Shown here: piece by piece, positions 40,125-54,699 of the stretch | Numbering within the stretch: the stretch's first letter is position 1 | Layout of the letters: each line of letters opens with the position of its first letter | NCBI GenBank assembly: GCA_964035545.1 | Contig: OZ037766.1 | Coordinates: forward strand, 19,642,767-19,706,766 | DNA: 64,000 nt | Source of the DNA: Bugula neritina | Taxonomy: Eukaryota > Animalia > Bryozoa | Reading direction: 5' to 3' | Translations under genes and position numbers: made by a program | Notes under the pieces: model-generated | Told to the model about the DNA's origin: nothing | The model's input: only the letters and a program-made list of their open reading frames with translations | Database searches by the model: none

Positions 40125-41513
40125 TCACTGCAACTAGTGAGGAATGTGTTGAATTTTATTGAGTAGTATGATTTGTTCTAATATATGTAGCTACTATACC
40201 TACAAACTCTAAGTGTTTGATGTATCTATACTTGTGTTAAAATGAACTATCCCATTAAAATAATACCCATGAAGTCAATAGTTATAGCATGATTGTTTTG
40301 TCGTTATATATTATGTATAATTGATATAAAATGTATTTAACAATACGTAAAATTACATGGTCAGCAGTTCCAAGGTGCAGTTGACAGAACTTGGCAGCTC
40401 CATAATTCATGCTACACCACGGAGAGTTATTGCATTCTACGCGATTTCATGAGACGTATGATGCTAGCTGCTATTTGACCATGTTATAATTATTGTTACT
40501 ATTTATATATTCCTGCCTGTTTACATTGGAACCTGGAAGTTGCACAATCAGCTATGAGTTTATGGTACTCACTTGAAAATTTCATCCAGTAAGTTGTCTG
40601 GTGTCACAATCTAATGACCACTATTTATTAGCATGTGAAAGAGATTTTGGCGGAAATTTCCCTCAAGAAAAAATGATATTTTATATTAAGTAAGATACAA
40701 GGATGGTTAAAGTTAAATATACTTTAGTTAATAAGTATGAACAGCAATAATCTGAAAATAACAGCAATTTTTATAACTTTTCTAATTGACATTGTTTCAC
40801 TGCATTTGACTAAAATTAGTAAGACAATAGTGCATGGCATTTATGAGATGTACATTACAGTCTGGGAGACAAATCTACTGTTCTATGTGTTATAAGTCTG
40901 CGCTAAAACAGAATGAAATAGGTCAGCACCAAATAAACAGTTTGACATGTTGGCAATATAATAATGTATAAAGTTTTAGCCAGTAAAGAAAAAAATGAGT
41001 GAAGATGACATTTTCACCTATAACAAGTAAAGCTATTGAAGTTGCTGTTCCATGTTTTATTGCTTATCTTGCGCTTGTTGAGGCAAAGTGACTTGTAATT
41101 TTGATCATCAAAACGTCATCACTGTTCTCCTCTAGGCTAATTTTACAATTGCGTTCTTTATTGAAGTGTATTAGCTTTTTGCTTACTCATGATATTTCAG
41201 GCTATATAATTTACAACCAACAAAAATTCTATATAAGCATCTCTAAACCCCTTTAAAGTAGTTCCAGTATAAACCTTATAATGTTATTAGTTCACTGAAA
41301 TATGAAAAGTTTTCTAAATGTGAGAGAGATAGCTTACTGATTACAAAGTAAAATATTCATTAAAATGTTAATTAGAAACAAATTAAAGCCAAAGGCAACA
41401 GATTGAGATTGGTTAAGAGAACGGAAGCTGGTAAAAGCCATGTTACATATGTGAGAAAGATCATTATTATAGTGTACACATATTCAACTTTAATAGCAAT
41501 CAGCTTGAGAAAG

Positions 41514-42284
41514 ATGGAGTTTGGAAAAACATTTTTAAGATTTTTTGTTTTTATTACTCTAATTTTTTCAACGCAAGGAGAATTAAATCATACAACTTAT
41601 GATTTATCAGTTGAACAACAACAGACCTACCCTCAAGATGGTATGTAATTGAAATACAAAATATTTATATCAAATATTTATGTATAATTTGATCAACTTA
41701 TAATGTTTTGTTGGTTTAGATCAATAATGTATTAAATAATCCACTAATTTCATAGTCTATATTTTTAGAAAAAATCTTAAGATCAACACAATAAATAGGA
41801 ATTTCACTTAGGCACACTTTGACTGTGTTGAATCAAAAGTATTTCTGGTTTTAACAACAGTGTTGAAAAGGGAAATGAATAGGTTTTCATCCACTAACTG
41901 TGCTTTTATTTCAAAATAATTCATTCAATGCAACACAAGTAAACGGAATAATTCACCAAAAAGCATTGGACATCAATAGTAACTATTGCAAAACAATTAT
42001 TTATGAATACTATATATTCATACTTATCTTATGAAGGCAATAGTTAGAGTTAAATTACCAGTAAAATAGTATATGTAGAAGCACTTGTTTATAGTTTTGT
42101 TATTGAACTTTGCTATTAAACGCTGTAGTTCACTGCTTCAGCTATTATTTTAGCTAAAGTTATAAATATGCACAAGAAATATTGGAAAAGTGGAGGGTGG
42201 CTCAGAGTCAACCGCTTTCTCCAAAAGGTTTGGGGGAAAAGAAGCAAAAGCTTATCTGCGTATAAAAGAAATCCTACAAGCTAA
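41514..42284 (+). CDS. Putative secreted prepropeptide (85 aa) yielding an amidated Trp-rich cationic peptide
   Basis: Exon 1 41514-41640 (MEFGKTFLRFFVFITLIFSTQG|ELNHTTYDLSVEQQQTYPQD, donor G|GTATGT) splices in phase 1 to exon 2 42154-42284 (AKVINMHKK-YWKSGGWLRVNRFLQKVW-GKR-SKSLSAY-KR-NPTS*). An alternative in-frame acceptor lies at 42142. AATAAA at 42437-42442. Confidence 0.72.
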
Positions 42285-45200
42285 AGCTATATGTAGAAAA
42301 CCCTCACATTAATATTATAAGAAAAAATACAAGGCCTAATTGTAATACAGTGAAGCTTGAAGTTTCTCACTCACATAACATACTTTGCTTTAAACACTTT
42401 TGGTGTGAGGTTTAGTTAATTTTTATAACTACTCAAAATAAAATATATTCTGGTATACTTTACTTTTGAAATTCTGTATGGTGTTATGTTCTAACCTTAC
42501 TCCTTATTATTTTTCCAAAGTAATTGGCGATGTAGGTTTATAAAGACACAAATATTTTTTCAACAAAACTTAAAATTTCATCTATTCTGTAGAATTGACC
42601 TACTTTTTGTTTCAGTGCTTTTGAAATTTTGTAAATGCATGTGCTTGTTTATTACAACTTAATATGTATTGTATTAATGCTATTGTTTAAAGTGCAGCCA
42701 CTATAATTGTATTAGGGTTCCTATATTTATATAGCGCGATTAGCATAAAAAATACACTACAGAATCCACAAATGTCTTTTACATAAACACTGGATAGATG
42801 CTAAAGTGATTTATATTTTATATATGCTCTGTTTTGTTTTATAACTTAAACAAAAAACATCTATTATTTGCAAAATTTTGGATGTTACATATACATGTAG
42901 TAATAAAGAAAGTGAGTTTTGAAAGTCACAAGGCAATCAAATACACATATTTGACATTAAAGAAAGAGCAACAATTATAATACTGAGGTCTAAATTGTGA
43001 GAAATGAAGGGAAATTTCATCTTTTAGTTGAAAACTCAAAACATGCGCCCTTGAAGTAGAACAGGTGCTAATAATTGATCTGCTGGTTATATAATGGAAG
43101 ATTCTGTTAACAGAGCCTTTGACCCAACTGCTTTGATAGTAAAATGATGACTTGTGTTCATTATTATACTCGATGGTGGGTAGTGAAACTAAAATTAGTT
43201 ACAAATAATTGCAATTAGTCTCTACTTTCTTAACTCCCATTAGCTTGCATCCTGTATTCACAGTGCTAGGCGTACATGTTATAGACTCCATAGTATAGAC
43301 TATAGAGTATAGACTGCTGCATTGTTCAATATTCAATATTCATTAGCTGCTGTAAGTTCGCCTTTACAAAACATTAAATAAATTACAAACAGCCCGACTA
43401 AGGCTTACTGCCCAATCAGCTATTCACTTTACTATATTAAGCTACTGTATTATGCTTCAAGTATTAAATTATAATTTTTTGTTTAGTGCTTATCCATACA
43501 AACTTTGAGTTATTGAAACAACGACTCAGTGCGCTGAGGCACATGTGCAACTTTTTCTTTATGCAAACACTTCAAGTTCACATGCTGTGGCAAGTTTAGC
43601 AGAGCAAATGATTTTCTGTTTGCTTTGATTTAACCTGTGTGCAGTCAAGCTAGAGTTGGCAACCATCAGAGCTTTAACATTGCCTGAATGTTCAGTCTGC
43701 ATCTATTAGACTGTTGATAGCTACAGTACGGTCAACATTGTCAGTAAAATCTTTCTAACTTGTTAGTACCAGCCTTTCAAGAAGGAATATTGGCCAGACT
43801 TGGTAAGTTTGGAAGAAACCAGTAGTTAAATTCAATTTAAATGTCACAGGGATAGACTATGCTATTTATTATCAATAGATAAATGTCTAGAAAGTAGGTT
43901 ATGCAATCATAATTGATATATTAAGTTTACTTGAAGAGCAAATTTGTTTGCTACAGCAAAGATATCCAACACTTTGCTGACCACTAAAACATAACCCAAA
44001 ACTTCAATTAAAAATAAGATTATCAATTTCACACTAATCTTTATTTTTTAGACTTTCTTGTATGAGCATTTTAATAATTAGAATAGGAACCTTGAGAGCT
44101 ACTTTTAAAATCATCTTCCATGCAAAACTTTAGACAGTCCTGTATAGTAAGAACTACAATATGGGTGCAGTATCTATTCAATCAAAACATTATTAGTTTT
44201 GGTACTTACCGAAAAAAAGAGTTTAAAACATGAGCCTTATGAGGGTATTCCTCAGCCGCTGAATCTACATTAAGTAAGTTTTTGTGTTTCTCACAGCTTC
44301 AATGTTCGGTGCTATAGAAGGCTTGCAAGATGTCATTTTTATTTCTTGTCTGAAGAATACCATGTTACAAGTAGACATATTAAAACTCAACACATCTGCT
44401 TTACTTTTTATTCTTTTTAATATTTTATTACAAACATTGCACTAGAATAACTGCTCACGGTTTTAAACCTGAATTCAAATAGATTTAAGTAAGCTGTCGG
44501 TGTTTACATCCATTCCTTTTATCACAGAGCTACCACTTTATTATCACCACTACTTTTAGTTATACCAAAGCACTTTAAGGTACTGCATAGTAATGTCTAT
44601 TTTGTTACAAGATTGGATAGTTTTCAAACACTGGTAGCTTGTGCAAATATTTGTGCTTTGAATTCGGTGCATACTTACTGAAGTAATTTCATGGTTCAAC
44701 TTGTGGACATTGCCTAATATCTACAATATCATTTTTCTTTTAGTAAACAATCTTAAGAATGACTTTTTATGGTATGTATTTCACTAAGTTATAGAAAGAT
44801 AAGTCACAAAGCCCCAATCACTGCAGGCATTTGATGTTATAGCCAAAAGCATTGTAATAGTATGTGCTATCTAGGCTGACACAAAATGTGTTGCAGCAAT
44901 TTCAAACTTCACTATATATCATTGCTTGACTTGACAAGCAATAGGTGGAGATATACTAACCCTACTTTAAATAAGCATATGAACATATGAAATAATATGA
45001 CGTTAAAAGAAGAAGACGATTTATCATTTGGGTAATGATACCTGAACTGTGCTTTTAAAAGTACTTTTGTCTCTCATAGTAAACTACGTTGTTACAATGT
45101 AACCAGGTTAAACAACTCTTTGCATAGTCATGTAAGGTAAGCTCTTGTGTACAATGCACTGCCAGATTTACGGATCTACCAATTTTAAAAATTTTATACA

Positions 45201-46469
45201 GTCGTACTTAGCAAATTTATTATTTGGTCTTCCAATTTAGTAGTGGTAGTTATCCTTGAAAGCATTGTTATTTTCAAATTATGCAACCTTGCAAGTTGCA
45301 TTTGTTCTTTGAATAGCAAAAAAAATTTCTACGGGTAAAACATTTCGATATGCAAAATTTTTACGACCAAATTTTGATTTGCAATGCCTAATTGTCGGAG
45401 ACTCTATGTATCACATCTAAAAATATGTTTTCTTGTGCAATTTTAATAACATGAAAATGTTACTTGAGGCAACAAACCAGACTTGCTATATGTGTACTAA
45501 TGAAGATTAGTGTAGTGTATTGCACAAAATTAATTCAGCTATTGAATCTCTTGCATAGCTATACTAAAACTGTTGAAACTTTAAATCATCATCTCTATCT
45601 TATTCCAAAGCGCTTCAATCTATAGCACATACAAGATATGGCAGATTAATTTCAGATCAAAGGGTTTTTCATAGAAACTAACCCGCACTTCTTTTTACTA
45701 TAATTATGTTTTTCAGAGTTGCATGCCATGGCAATTTGGCAGTAAATTCCAAGAATCTAATTGGATAATTTTATTAAGTTGTATAGTATAAATAATAAAG
45801 CAACCAACTGGTGTACTTTAATGCTATATAGTTAAGAGATAAAGAGGTAGCCTTGAATAAAATTATTTTAGTTTAGACATGCTCAAACCAATGCAAAAAA
45901 ACACATAGACATCTGTGATAAAAGCCAAGCTATTATTGTATGTCAACGCTGTATTCTTTCAGTTTCATTCCTCTGGCAATGATTTTATATTGATTGGTTT
46001 TAATTTCTGATTAAATGAAAGTCTGATAACTTTCTTCCTATTTGTTTGCACATTTGAGTTGGTTGTTTGACTCCACACTAATACAAGAGCTTACAACTTG
46101 GTTTTGGTTCCATGCCTTGTTATATTGCAGTGCACAAGTTGTGTTTACTTGCAAGAATTTAAAAATCTATGCAAAATATTATACTTCCAGAATTCTCTTA
46201 CAACTTTTGTTGTCAATTGAGTGAATATTGTAATGAAACACAGCTAATATAAAGAGATCCCTTCCTTATAGCTGTATTTTATTGCAATATTCTTTATATT
46301 CTTCTACATATTTTAGTGTTGGTGCGCCAATACTGAAATATGTAGCAAACAATTCTTAAATCAGTTTCTGCAATAATGCTATGGTTCAGAAAATTATAAA
46401 AAGTGAAATACAATGAAAATGTTTTGTTAAATACTAGTTATTGAATTATTGCTTATATGCAGTCTAGAA

Positions 46470-49400
46470 ATGCCTTCAAAGGCAACCAGGAAGATAACAT
46501 GGCGCCCAAGCTCTGTTGGTATTGGATCATCATTAACACTGAGTAGAGCCAAGCCAAATTCATTCACAGACAGTGAGAAGACCTCCTTTCCCAAAGTAAC
46601 ACATAATGTCAAACGGACGACACAGTCTGCAGCTTCTCCGAGGCATCAGCAATACTTTCACTGCGGTAGGTGAATGAAAGCACTAACCCGCAGTTTACCA
46701 AGTAGAGCAGCTATATCCTACTTTGACCCAACACTTGGATACTTTGCTATACACTAGTCAAAATATACTTTTTATAGCTATATACATACGTACATGTGTG
46801 TTATGGTGAAAGTAACATCACCTTCATATACAGCTATTGTTGGTGCAATTGCATAAAAGTAAGATCCTAATTTGTTAAAAAACTTTTACAGCAACAGACA
46901 GTTGCCAATTAAAACTTGAAATAAAATTCATTGCAAGATGTTTGAAGCCTCATTAAAAGCTCTGTTGTGAAAATGTTTTAAGTTGCATTTATACCTCTAC
47001 TGGAAAAAGTTCCGAGTTTCAGTTAACTTTACAATTTTTTTCTTCAATATCATTGCTAATGTGAATCTTACAGTGGTAATATGTCATCTGCAGAAATCAT
47101 GGGCAGACGTGGTTCTTAAGAGTCACATAAGCACTCTTTAGTTTCACTAATTTGCTATTTTGTCTCAACTTGTCACTTGAATTATCTCTGCATAAATGCA
47201 ATCTTTATAGTATGAAAAATTATGCACTCTAAATATTTATTCAGCTTCTTTTTTAATAGTTATATAATGACTTTCAGTATTAGCGATTTAGTAAAAGTTA
47301 TTCCTGATATGGTTGGGATAGTTGCTATAGCTTATATGTCTGTTTTTAAAGAAATTAAGAACCAGTTCTAATCATATGCAAGTAAAATTAATGTAAATAT
47401 TACAATTTATCTATAAGAAGGTGTGAGATCAATTTTTAATTAGCACACATGTTTATAATTTTAGAACCTCACATGCTGGAAAACAATTCAACTAGCACTG
47501 GTAGCTGGAACAACAGAAGTATTCCTTATGATAGGAGTGAGAGTCATGAGAAGACAAATGCAACTAGTCATTATAAATTCATCACAGACAAGTATGTTTA
47601 GGTATTATGAGTTATGACCTCATGTTTGTAATTCATATCCCAATGCTATAAGCATCTTAGTAGCAGTTGGACTTTTTATGCAAAGAAAAGAATGTAAACA
47701 TTTTCTTGTTCAACAAAATTCATGTTTGAAGTGTCTACTACATTATCTACTATATATATTATACTATAATATAACACACCTAAAACTGCAAACATCATTA
47801 GCTCCATAAACTTTTATTATTTTGACGATTTCAATGACATTTATTTTGTGTAGCAATTAAGAATAATTTTAAATAAATGAGTTGACCAACAGAATGATAA
47901 TGACTCATCTGAATGCTATTGTACACATGTAGTAATATGCTAAGAGATATTTCTCTATTAACCAGCTGGTGATCTTGTCATTATTTATAGATGGAGCAGA
48001 AGGTCAGCTCACTGCTCGGAGCTGCTGTTTTATAACAAGCAACATCTACAAGATTCTAATGAATGTTTGCTTACTGAACTTGGTGTTGGCAGACAACATG
48101 TCCAGACAAGTCCTAGTCAGCTCATTCAGTCTATCAAATCAGTGATGTCTGGGCAAAGAAGTGGGTAATACATCCTGCAGTAGGCTGTTTATATGTTAAT
48201 ATGACTTTCTAGCTTTTGTCCTTGCTGAAATGTCATGACACCTACTGCATTGTACTTAAAGTGAGTGAATAGGCAATATCAGCACCCAACCTATGCAAGT
48301 GAATTCTGAAGATTTGAGTTTAGCTGAGCACCTGAGTTCAGAAAGCAACAAAATTAAGGCATTCACTTTTCCATCAACCATGCAAGTTTATGGAACTGTT
48401 ACTGTAGTAATCTTTTAATTTATTACAAGCTGCAATATAAGGACAGGCTGCATATTATATGCTTTGTATATAAAATAACTTGTAGCATAAATATTTTGCA
48501 TTGCAGTGTAATAAAGAAATTTATAATGAATATTTATATTTTTATGCTACGACTTACCTTAGTTTAAAATTAAGCTGGTTCAAACAAGTATTTCTTATCT
48601 TAATTCTTAGAGAATCTGACGGCTACATCTGAAAAATCTGTAGATGTAAAGGAAGAAGCAAACACTGATGTATCTCATTCTCTATGCCTTCCAATGTCAC
48701 CTAACCGAATACACAGCGTAGCAGGGGAAGAGAATTCATCTAATATAATCTCCTACCACTCACTCCTCTCTGCTGCTATTACCAGTAGTCGGTTAGTACG
48801 CTCTACCACCTTTACTGTAGAGTATTCTCATTTTAAAACTTTGATACAATTTTATTTCATAGTTAAATGGCACGTCATCAATACGCAGGAGCAATGAGAT
48901 ATAAGAGGTCTATTCTCTTCATATCAGTTTTTCTTCAGGTCAGCTTTGATTTGGTGAAATTTAGTTCAACATAATTAGTTTGGTTATAGGAAGATTGTTT
49001 TGAGGAAGTATTAGATAAGGCCAAGATTCTGTCAAGGGAATGGGGTATGTGCCTTGGCTGAAATCCTTTAGCTTCAGTTGATCCCTCTTCCAAATACCTT
49101 GTTATTGCTGTCACCATAATTTATGTCAAGTAGATCATTGTAGATAACTGTCTACACTTATATAACAATAGTAGTTGATAACAAGTATATAAGGTACAAA
49201 AAGAAACTAGCTGCCGTGAACTATCCCTTAATGCAGTGCATGCAGCGATGTTGATCAGTTTCCTCAATTAATTGACCTCAGCATATGCTCCTGTAGCAGT
49301 TATAAAGAAATAAAAATATTCAAATATAACAAAACAAATATGACAATAAATAAGGCACTATCACTGCACCATAATACCATCTACTCTTAATGCTACAAAA

Positions 49401-51769
49401 GTTCATGGCTGTCACTTAGAAATAGAAGTTAGCAAACAAATATTTTACTTAGATAGCGAAGGTTGTAGAAGCTACAAGCTCAATAATTATCAGTTAAACG
49501 TAAAGAAGTTATGCTGTGGAAATCAAGCATACTTAAACAGAATTGAAAAATTATAACTGTAAAAATATAAATAGAGCAGACAACTCTAACTGATGCTGTA
49601 AACAATATGACATGACTATTAAATTGCCACCATGTACTTTCTATTTCTACTGAGCAGTTATTTCTGTAGCTTTTTGCATAAAATTACAAAACTTGAAAAT
49701 CATTGCTTACTGCAGTCATTAGCTTTATACGACGAGGTTAGAACTTACATGAATATGTTCTGTGCCCACCACTACGCTTACAATGCAGGTGTAGTTTACA
49801 GTAAGCTATAATTGAGGTCTAAAATAAAGCAGTCCTCAGAAGCTCTTGGAAAAAATAATTTGAAAAAAAATCAATGAGCAATCCAGAATATCTTATTTTA
49901 TAACCTCAGTTTTGCATATAGGCTTTAGCTAGAAAATTTTAGTGACTGCATGCTGGTTTTGGGTATAAGTTGCAGAACTGCACTTACATTGAAATGCCTG
50001 GTGCTAAAACTATCGGTTGGAATAAATACCTATTCACCTTAGCCAAGCTTAGTTTTTGGCTTATATGAAGAACTTGCATGTATCATATTATATTGCAACT
50101 ATATACTTGTAAATATTAGTACAGCCTTTGTTTTACCTTCTATTCACTATTGTTGCGATTAATAAAAAACACTACAGTGTTTATCAATAGCAATTTGAAT
50201 AAAAATATTAATAAATTAGGCTAATTCCCAGCTGGCAATGTTTTGTGTAGGCAGAGCATGTAATGAATAAACTAATGAATGTGATTTGTGTATTGCTACT
50301 GTTTTCTTAATAACAATATTGATTAGTACTAGCTCAGTTGTGCTATTCTTCTACGTTATGCAATTTATGCCAATGCATTTATTGAATGAATTGAAAAATT
50401 GAAACCCGGCTGGTGAGCTAGGCTACTTCATAATCATTACCTGCATAAAAGATTGCTGTAGCTGCTGCATGTAGAATTTATATCAACTTTATAGTAACCT
50501 GCAAGTTGTTAATTCAACTTAATTTTGTTTTTTAATTGCTTGACTAACAAAGCTCTGCTGGTAAGTTTTTTAAAGTCTCCCTTAAACTCAATAGTTTTAT
50601 ATTAATAGACCTAGACATTAAATAAAAAACCATTTAAGAATCTTAGCAACTTTATGAAAACTAATACCACTATTCACAAGGCTTATTAATTGACCTAAAC
50701 ATAATATCTGATAGAAATTATGAAAATCCCGCAACTAATTTCAAGCTATTGGTTTTTTAATTCACATTTTTAGATATGAGAATGAAATCGGATCTTACTA
50801 TAGATACTTAAAGTCACTCTCTGCTATATAATACTAATTAATCTATAGTAGTAGAACTTCTATGATGTTTCATGAAATATGCAGCCCGCATATGGTGGTG
50901 AATGGTTACAAATAAATCATATTGATAAACCACTTACAAACATAAAATCTCTTGAATAAATAAAAGATCTTAAATGTCAACCAGTGAACACAGTAGATTA
51001 GAGATAAATCTGGCCAACTATAATAGCATGTTATTAGAACTTGAGTGCTGCTCTGCTAATAATACTGCTTGCAAGTAAGTGTATAGTATGTTATATAAGT
51101 CCACTCTGGGGTTAGTTGAAGCAAGCTAGTTTAGTTATAACTAGATTTAATGTAAGTGTATTAATTGTTTACAAATTATTGTTTTTACTGCTAGCAGAAA
51201 TACCTCCCTAGCATTATAATTATAGTTACATATTAATAAAATAAGGAATTGCTAATAGAGCTCTCTATTCGTTTAATGCAATACACATCTAAATAATTAT
51301 CTAAGAATTTTTGTGGGTCATCCTTTGTGAAATTGCCTGTTGTGTGCTTTGACACCACTTGTAAACATTGTAGCCTAGTTATAGGCAAAGCAGGGCAGTC
51401 TGCATGTATTATACACAGCTTTTATGGAAGCGTCTTAAACATTCTCGAGTGTTTGGTAATAAAAGATATATTATTCCTGGTTGCAGTGAGTTTTAAAAAT
51501 GCCTTGAACATAGGGCTTTAAGATTCCAACAAACTACACACGGCTGTTGCTATGACAACTCCAAAAAGGCTGATTTCTAGACTGAATACAGAAAAAGCTA
51601 CAGCAGTGTATAACACCTCACTAGGTGAAGGTTACAATGTCAAGGTTACAATGGTACTCCATAAAGATAGTCCACGGCGTACTCCGTCCATAATAGCTTT
51701 GTGTGATCGAATTGCCAAGAAACAAAGGCAGTTACTATATTCTTCCCTAAAACAGAGTCAGTATTTGAG
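46470..51769 (+). CDS. Uncharacterised Ser/Thr-rich spliced ORF (>=287 aa, 3' end not located)
   Basis: Five phase-compatible GT-AG exons: 46470-46665, 47465-47591, 47991-48160, 48611-48791, 51581-51769. No recognisable domain. A possible 4-nt coding tail at 52167-52170 would close the frame. Confidence 0.55.
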
Positions 51770-51947
51770 GTATGTTTACTACTGCATGACAGTCTGTAGC
51801 TTCTTATATACTTTTATATTTCTCTATATTGTCCAGGTCTCTTTGTATCTTCCTGTACCTACAAAATGTTTTTCCATTTCTGCAACTGCATGATTGATGC
51901 ACTGCAGTTTATTATTTGATAGAAACCGGTTTATTTTTCACAATATC

Positions 51948-52063
51948 CAGTATCATTACAAGTTTCTACAGTATCATCATACATTTCTACAGTCTCATTA
52001 CAAGTTTTTGCAGTATCATTACAAGTTTTTACAGTATCATTACAAGTTTCTGCAGTATCATCA
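51948..52063. repeat. 21-bp minisatellite, about 5.5 copies (CAGTATCATTACAAGTTTCTA)
   Basis: Direct tandem units visible. They explain the spurious ORFs 51894-52094 and 51916-52170. Confidence 0.93.
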
Positions 52064-54699
52064 GAAATCTTTCAGATTTAGTTTTATTCATTAGACAACT
52101 GGTTACAGTTATAACTATACGTGTGATACTTATTAATAAGTTTCCTGGAGATTTGTGTTTATACAGTTGATGAGGATTTTAGTAGCTAGATAGCATAAAT
52201 TTGACTTTGTCATGTAATTGGCATGTCCTGAATTTAACACTAATATTTTACTCTGAATAATGCTACATTTTGTGCTTTTGACTTTCATAACAAATCTTAT
52301 TAGTGCTGTTCCTTGAACGTTATAACTCTCGCACTCGACCTTTATAAATCCGGTATAGTCTTCCTTTATATGATTCTATTACTCTATCTTTATAGCTTCA
52401 GTACTCCATCCTTATATAGCCTCAGTACTCCATTTTTATCAAACTAAAGAAGATATAAGGTTTTCATTTACTTTGGTATATTTATTAGTATAGAAAGAAT
52501 TTCTCTTTTATTTTCGGAAAGTTATCTGTTTTTTTATAACTTTCCATGCACCATATTGTAAACCATGATTTGTATAATAGAGCCAACAGCTAAACTAATC
52601 TAGTCTTCATCAATGAAACTAGTTCTTTGTATTAGAATACAGAGTGTTGTTAGCACCTTGACTGGAAATTGTTGAGATAATTGCATTAATTTTCAGTGAA
52701 CTACACATGTACTATATACAAATGGTATTTTATCCTTTTCATGCAGAACAATAGCAGTTGAATGTAAATTGTATTTGACAATAATTATATTATTTTGCAT
52801 CCTATTACGCTAAATCTCTTCTAAAAACCAGGAAATGTTATTGCAGTTTTTAGAAATTGTTACAGCTAGTCAGCTTTTATACTATCTATGATACAGGAAG
52901 TACTTTGCATAAGTACTATGAATGTTCAGGGCTTTTGCATATGGTGCACGTCTTAAGCACGGCCTATACTGATACTGGAACCCTGCTGTTGCTACTTCAA
53001 ATAATTTCTGTTAATTAAACATGCAATCTTTTTAGCATGTGACCTTATACAGACATACTTTTTTTTAAAACTTATTGCAAGTACAAAGTACATTCCGCAG
53101 TTTGATTTAGGTTTCCTTAGTTTACAAGATTCTATTAAAATAATATGACAAGCTAGGTTAAAAGTATGGCTTATAGTGTACTATTGATATTATATTGTAG
53201 CCTAGTTTAACAAATGCTCCCAATGGAGCTTTACTTACCACATATTACAAGTATGAGTATTTGTGCTTACAGCCTATGAGCTGGCCATTGAAGAAGAGAA
53301 GTATAAATTATTTGTATTTAGATAAGTTACCAGCACTTTGACTAGGTTGAGATTTGAAATCTTTAAAATATAAGCATATTTTAGAGATTTCAAAGTAGTA
53401 AATTTAGTAGAGGCCTAAACTTGTAACTGTAATGGTACCTCTGTGATCTCCCTGTGGTGCTCCTGTGATAGCTTGCGATGCCCTGGTAATGCCCCTGTAT
53501 ACAGCCACTTATATCACAGCTAAATGTGAGGGTTGATAATCTATGGATTCATCACCTGATAATTGATATCTGATTTTATATGCAGTAATGGAAGGATGGA
53601 TATGTGGTTTTTAGTTTAAAACTGTAAGTGGCAGAATAGATTTCTTCTTTTGCAACACGTTGATGAATGTCCTCTTACTATATAAGATGAAATCTAAGAG
53701 ATAATAGGAGTAAGTCGCAACAATCAAGCAATCAAAGCCAAAGGCCAGTAGCCGTTACCACATGCAGTACTGTCAACTATAAAGCAGGTTCATAATATTA
53801 TATGTTATAGTATTTTTATAAAAGCACAGAATTATCACAGACTAGATAAAATTTATGATGCTGAGATATCGTGATGATATATAGTTTTCTGCATGTACTT
53901 TGCTAGTGCAGCAATTAGCGCCTCTAAAGAAGGAGTTGGACATGTCAGTATTTGATTGAAAATTGAGTCCTGTATAATAATACTAAATAATACTAAATAA
54001 TACATATATGATATTGTACTAAGCAATATAAGTAATATACAAAGACTTTGATTCATATATAATATTACATATGTTATGTACACTGGTCATATACATACTG
54101 TATATACATACTATATACATATATTAGTAACTTCCGAATCAAATTTATATATCTGCTAATATACTAGGTGTCAATAAACAGAAACTGTGATTAGAGTCAC
54201 TGGATATAAGTATTATATTTTTAGTAAATTCTTCATGTATATTGAACACATGGTAAGATATTAATTCAACATTTTAAAAGCTACTGAATGCCTTATCAGA
54301 ATCTAAATTTGCACTTTCTTCAAAAACTTCAATACCGTCATATTTAGGGTAATAACTTCTGTATAATAGAAGTGGCAATTGTAAAAATAAAATGAAAAAC
54401 TACATAATATTTTTTGGGTTGTACAATAATAATGATAATTCTGAGCAATTAAGTTAAAAAGATAACACTTATCAATGTCTTCAGTTGTAAACGCAGAACA
54501 ACTAAATTGAAATTTATAGCTTTAGCTACCAATATCAATTATCAATACAAAATGGGAAATATCAAATAGATTGTCGCTGTTTGTAAAAACAGTACATTGG
54601 TGGTACTTGCAATATTATTCAAATAATTGTTATTAAAATCAAATTGAGTAAAATATTTTTCATGCATTTATAGTCATTATCCCTGTGAGAAGCTCCTGA

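Noticed and set aside
51894-52170. ORFs with QYHYKFL / SIITSFY repeats
   Set aside because: Translations of the 21-bp minisatellite.
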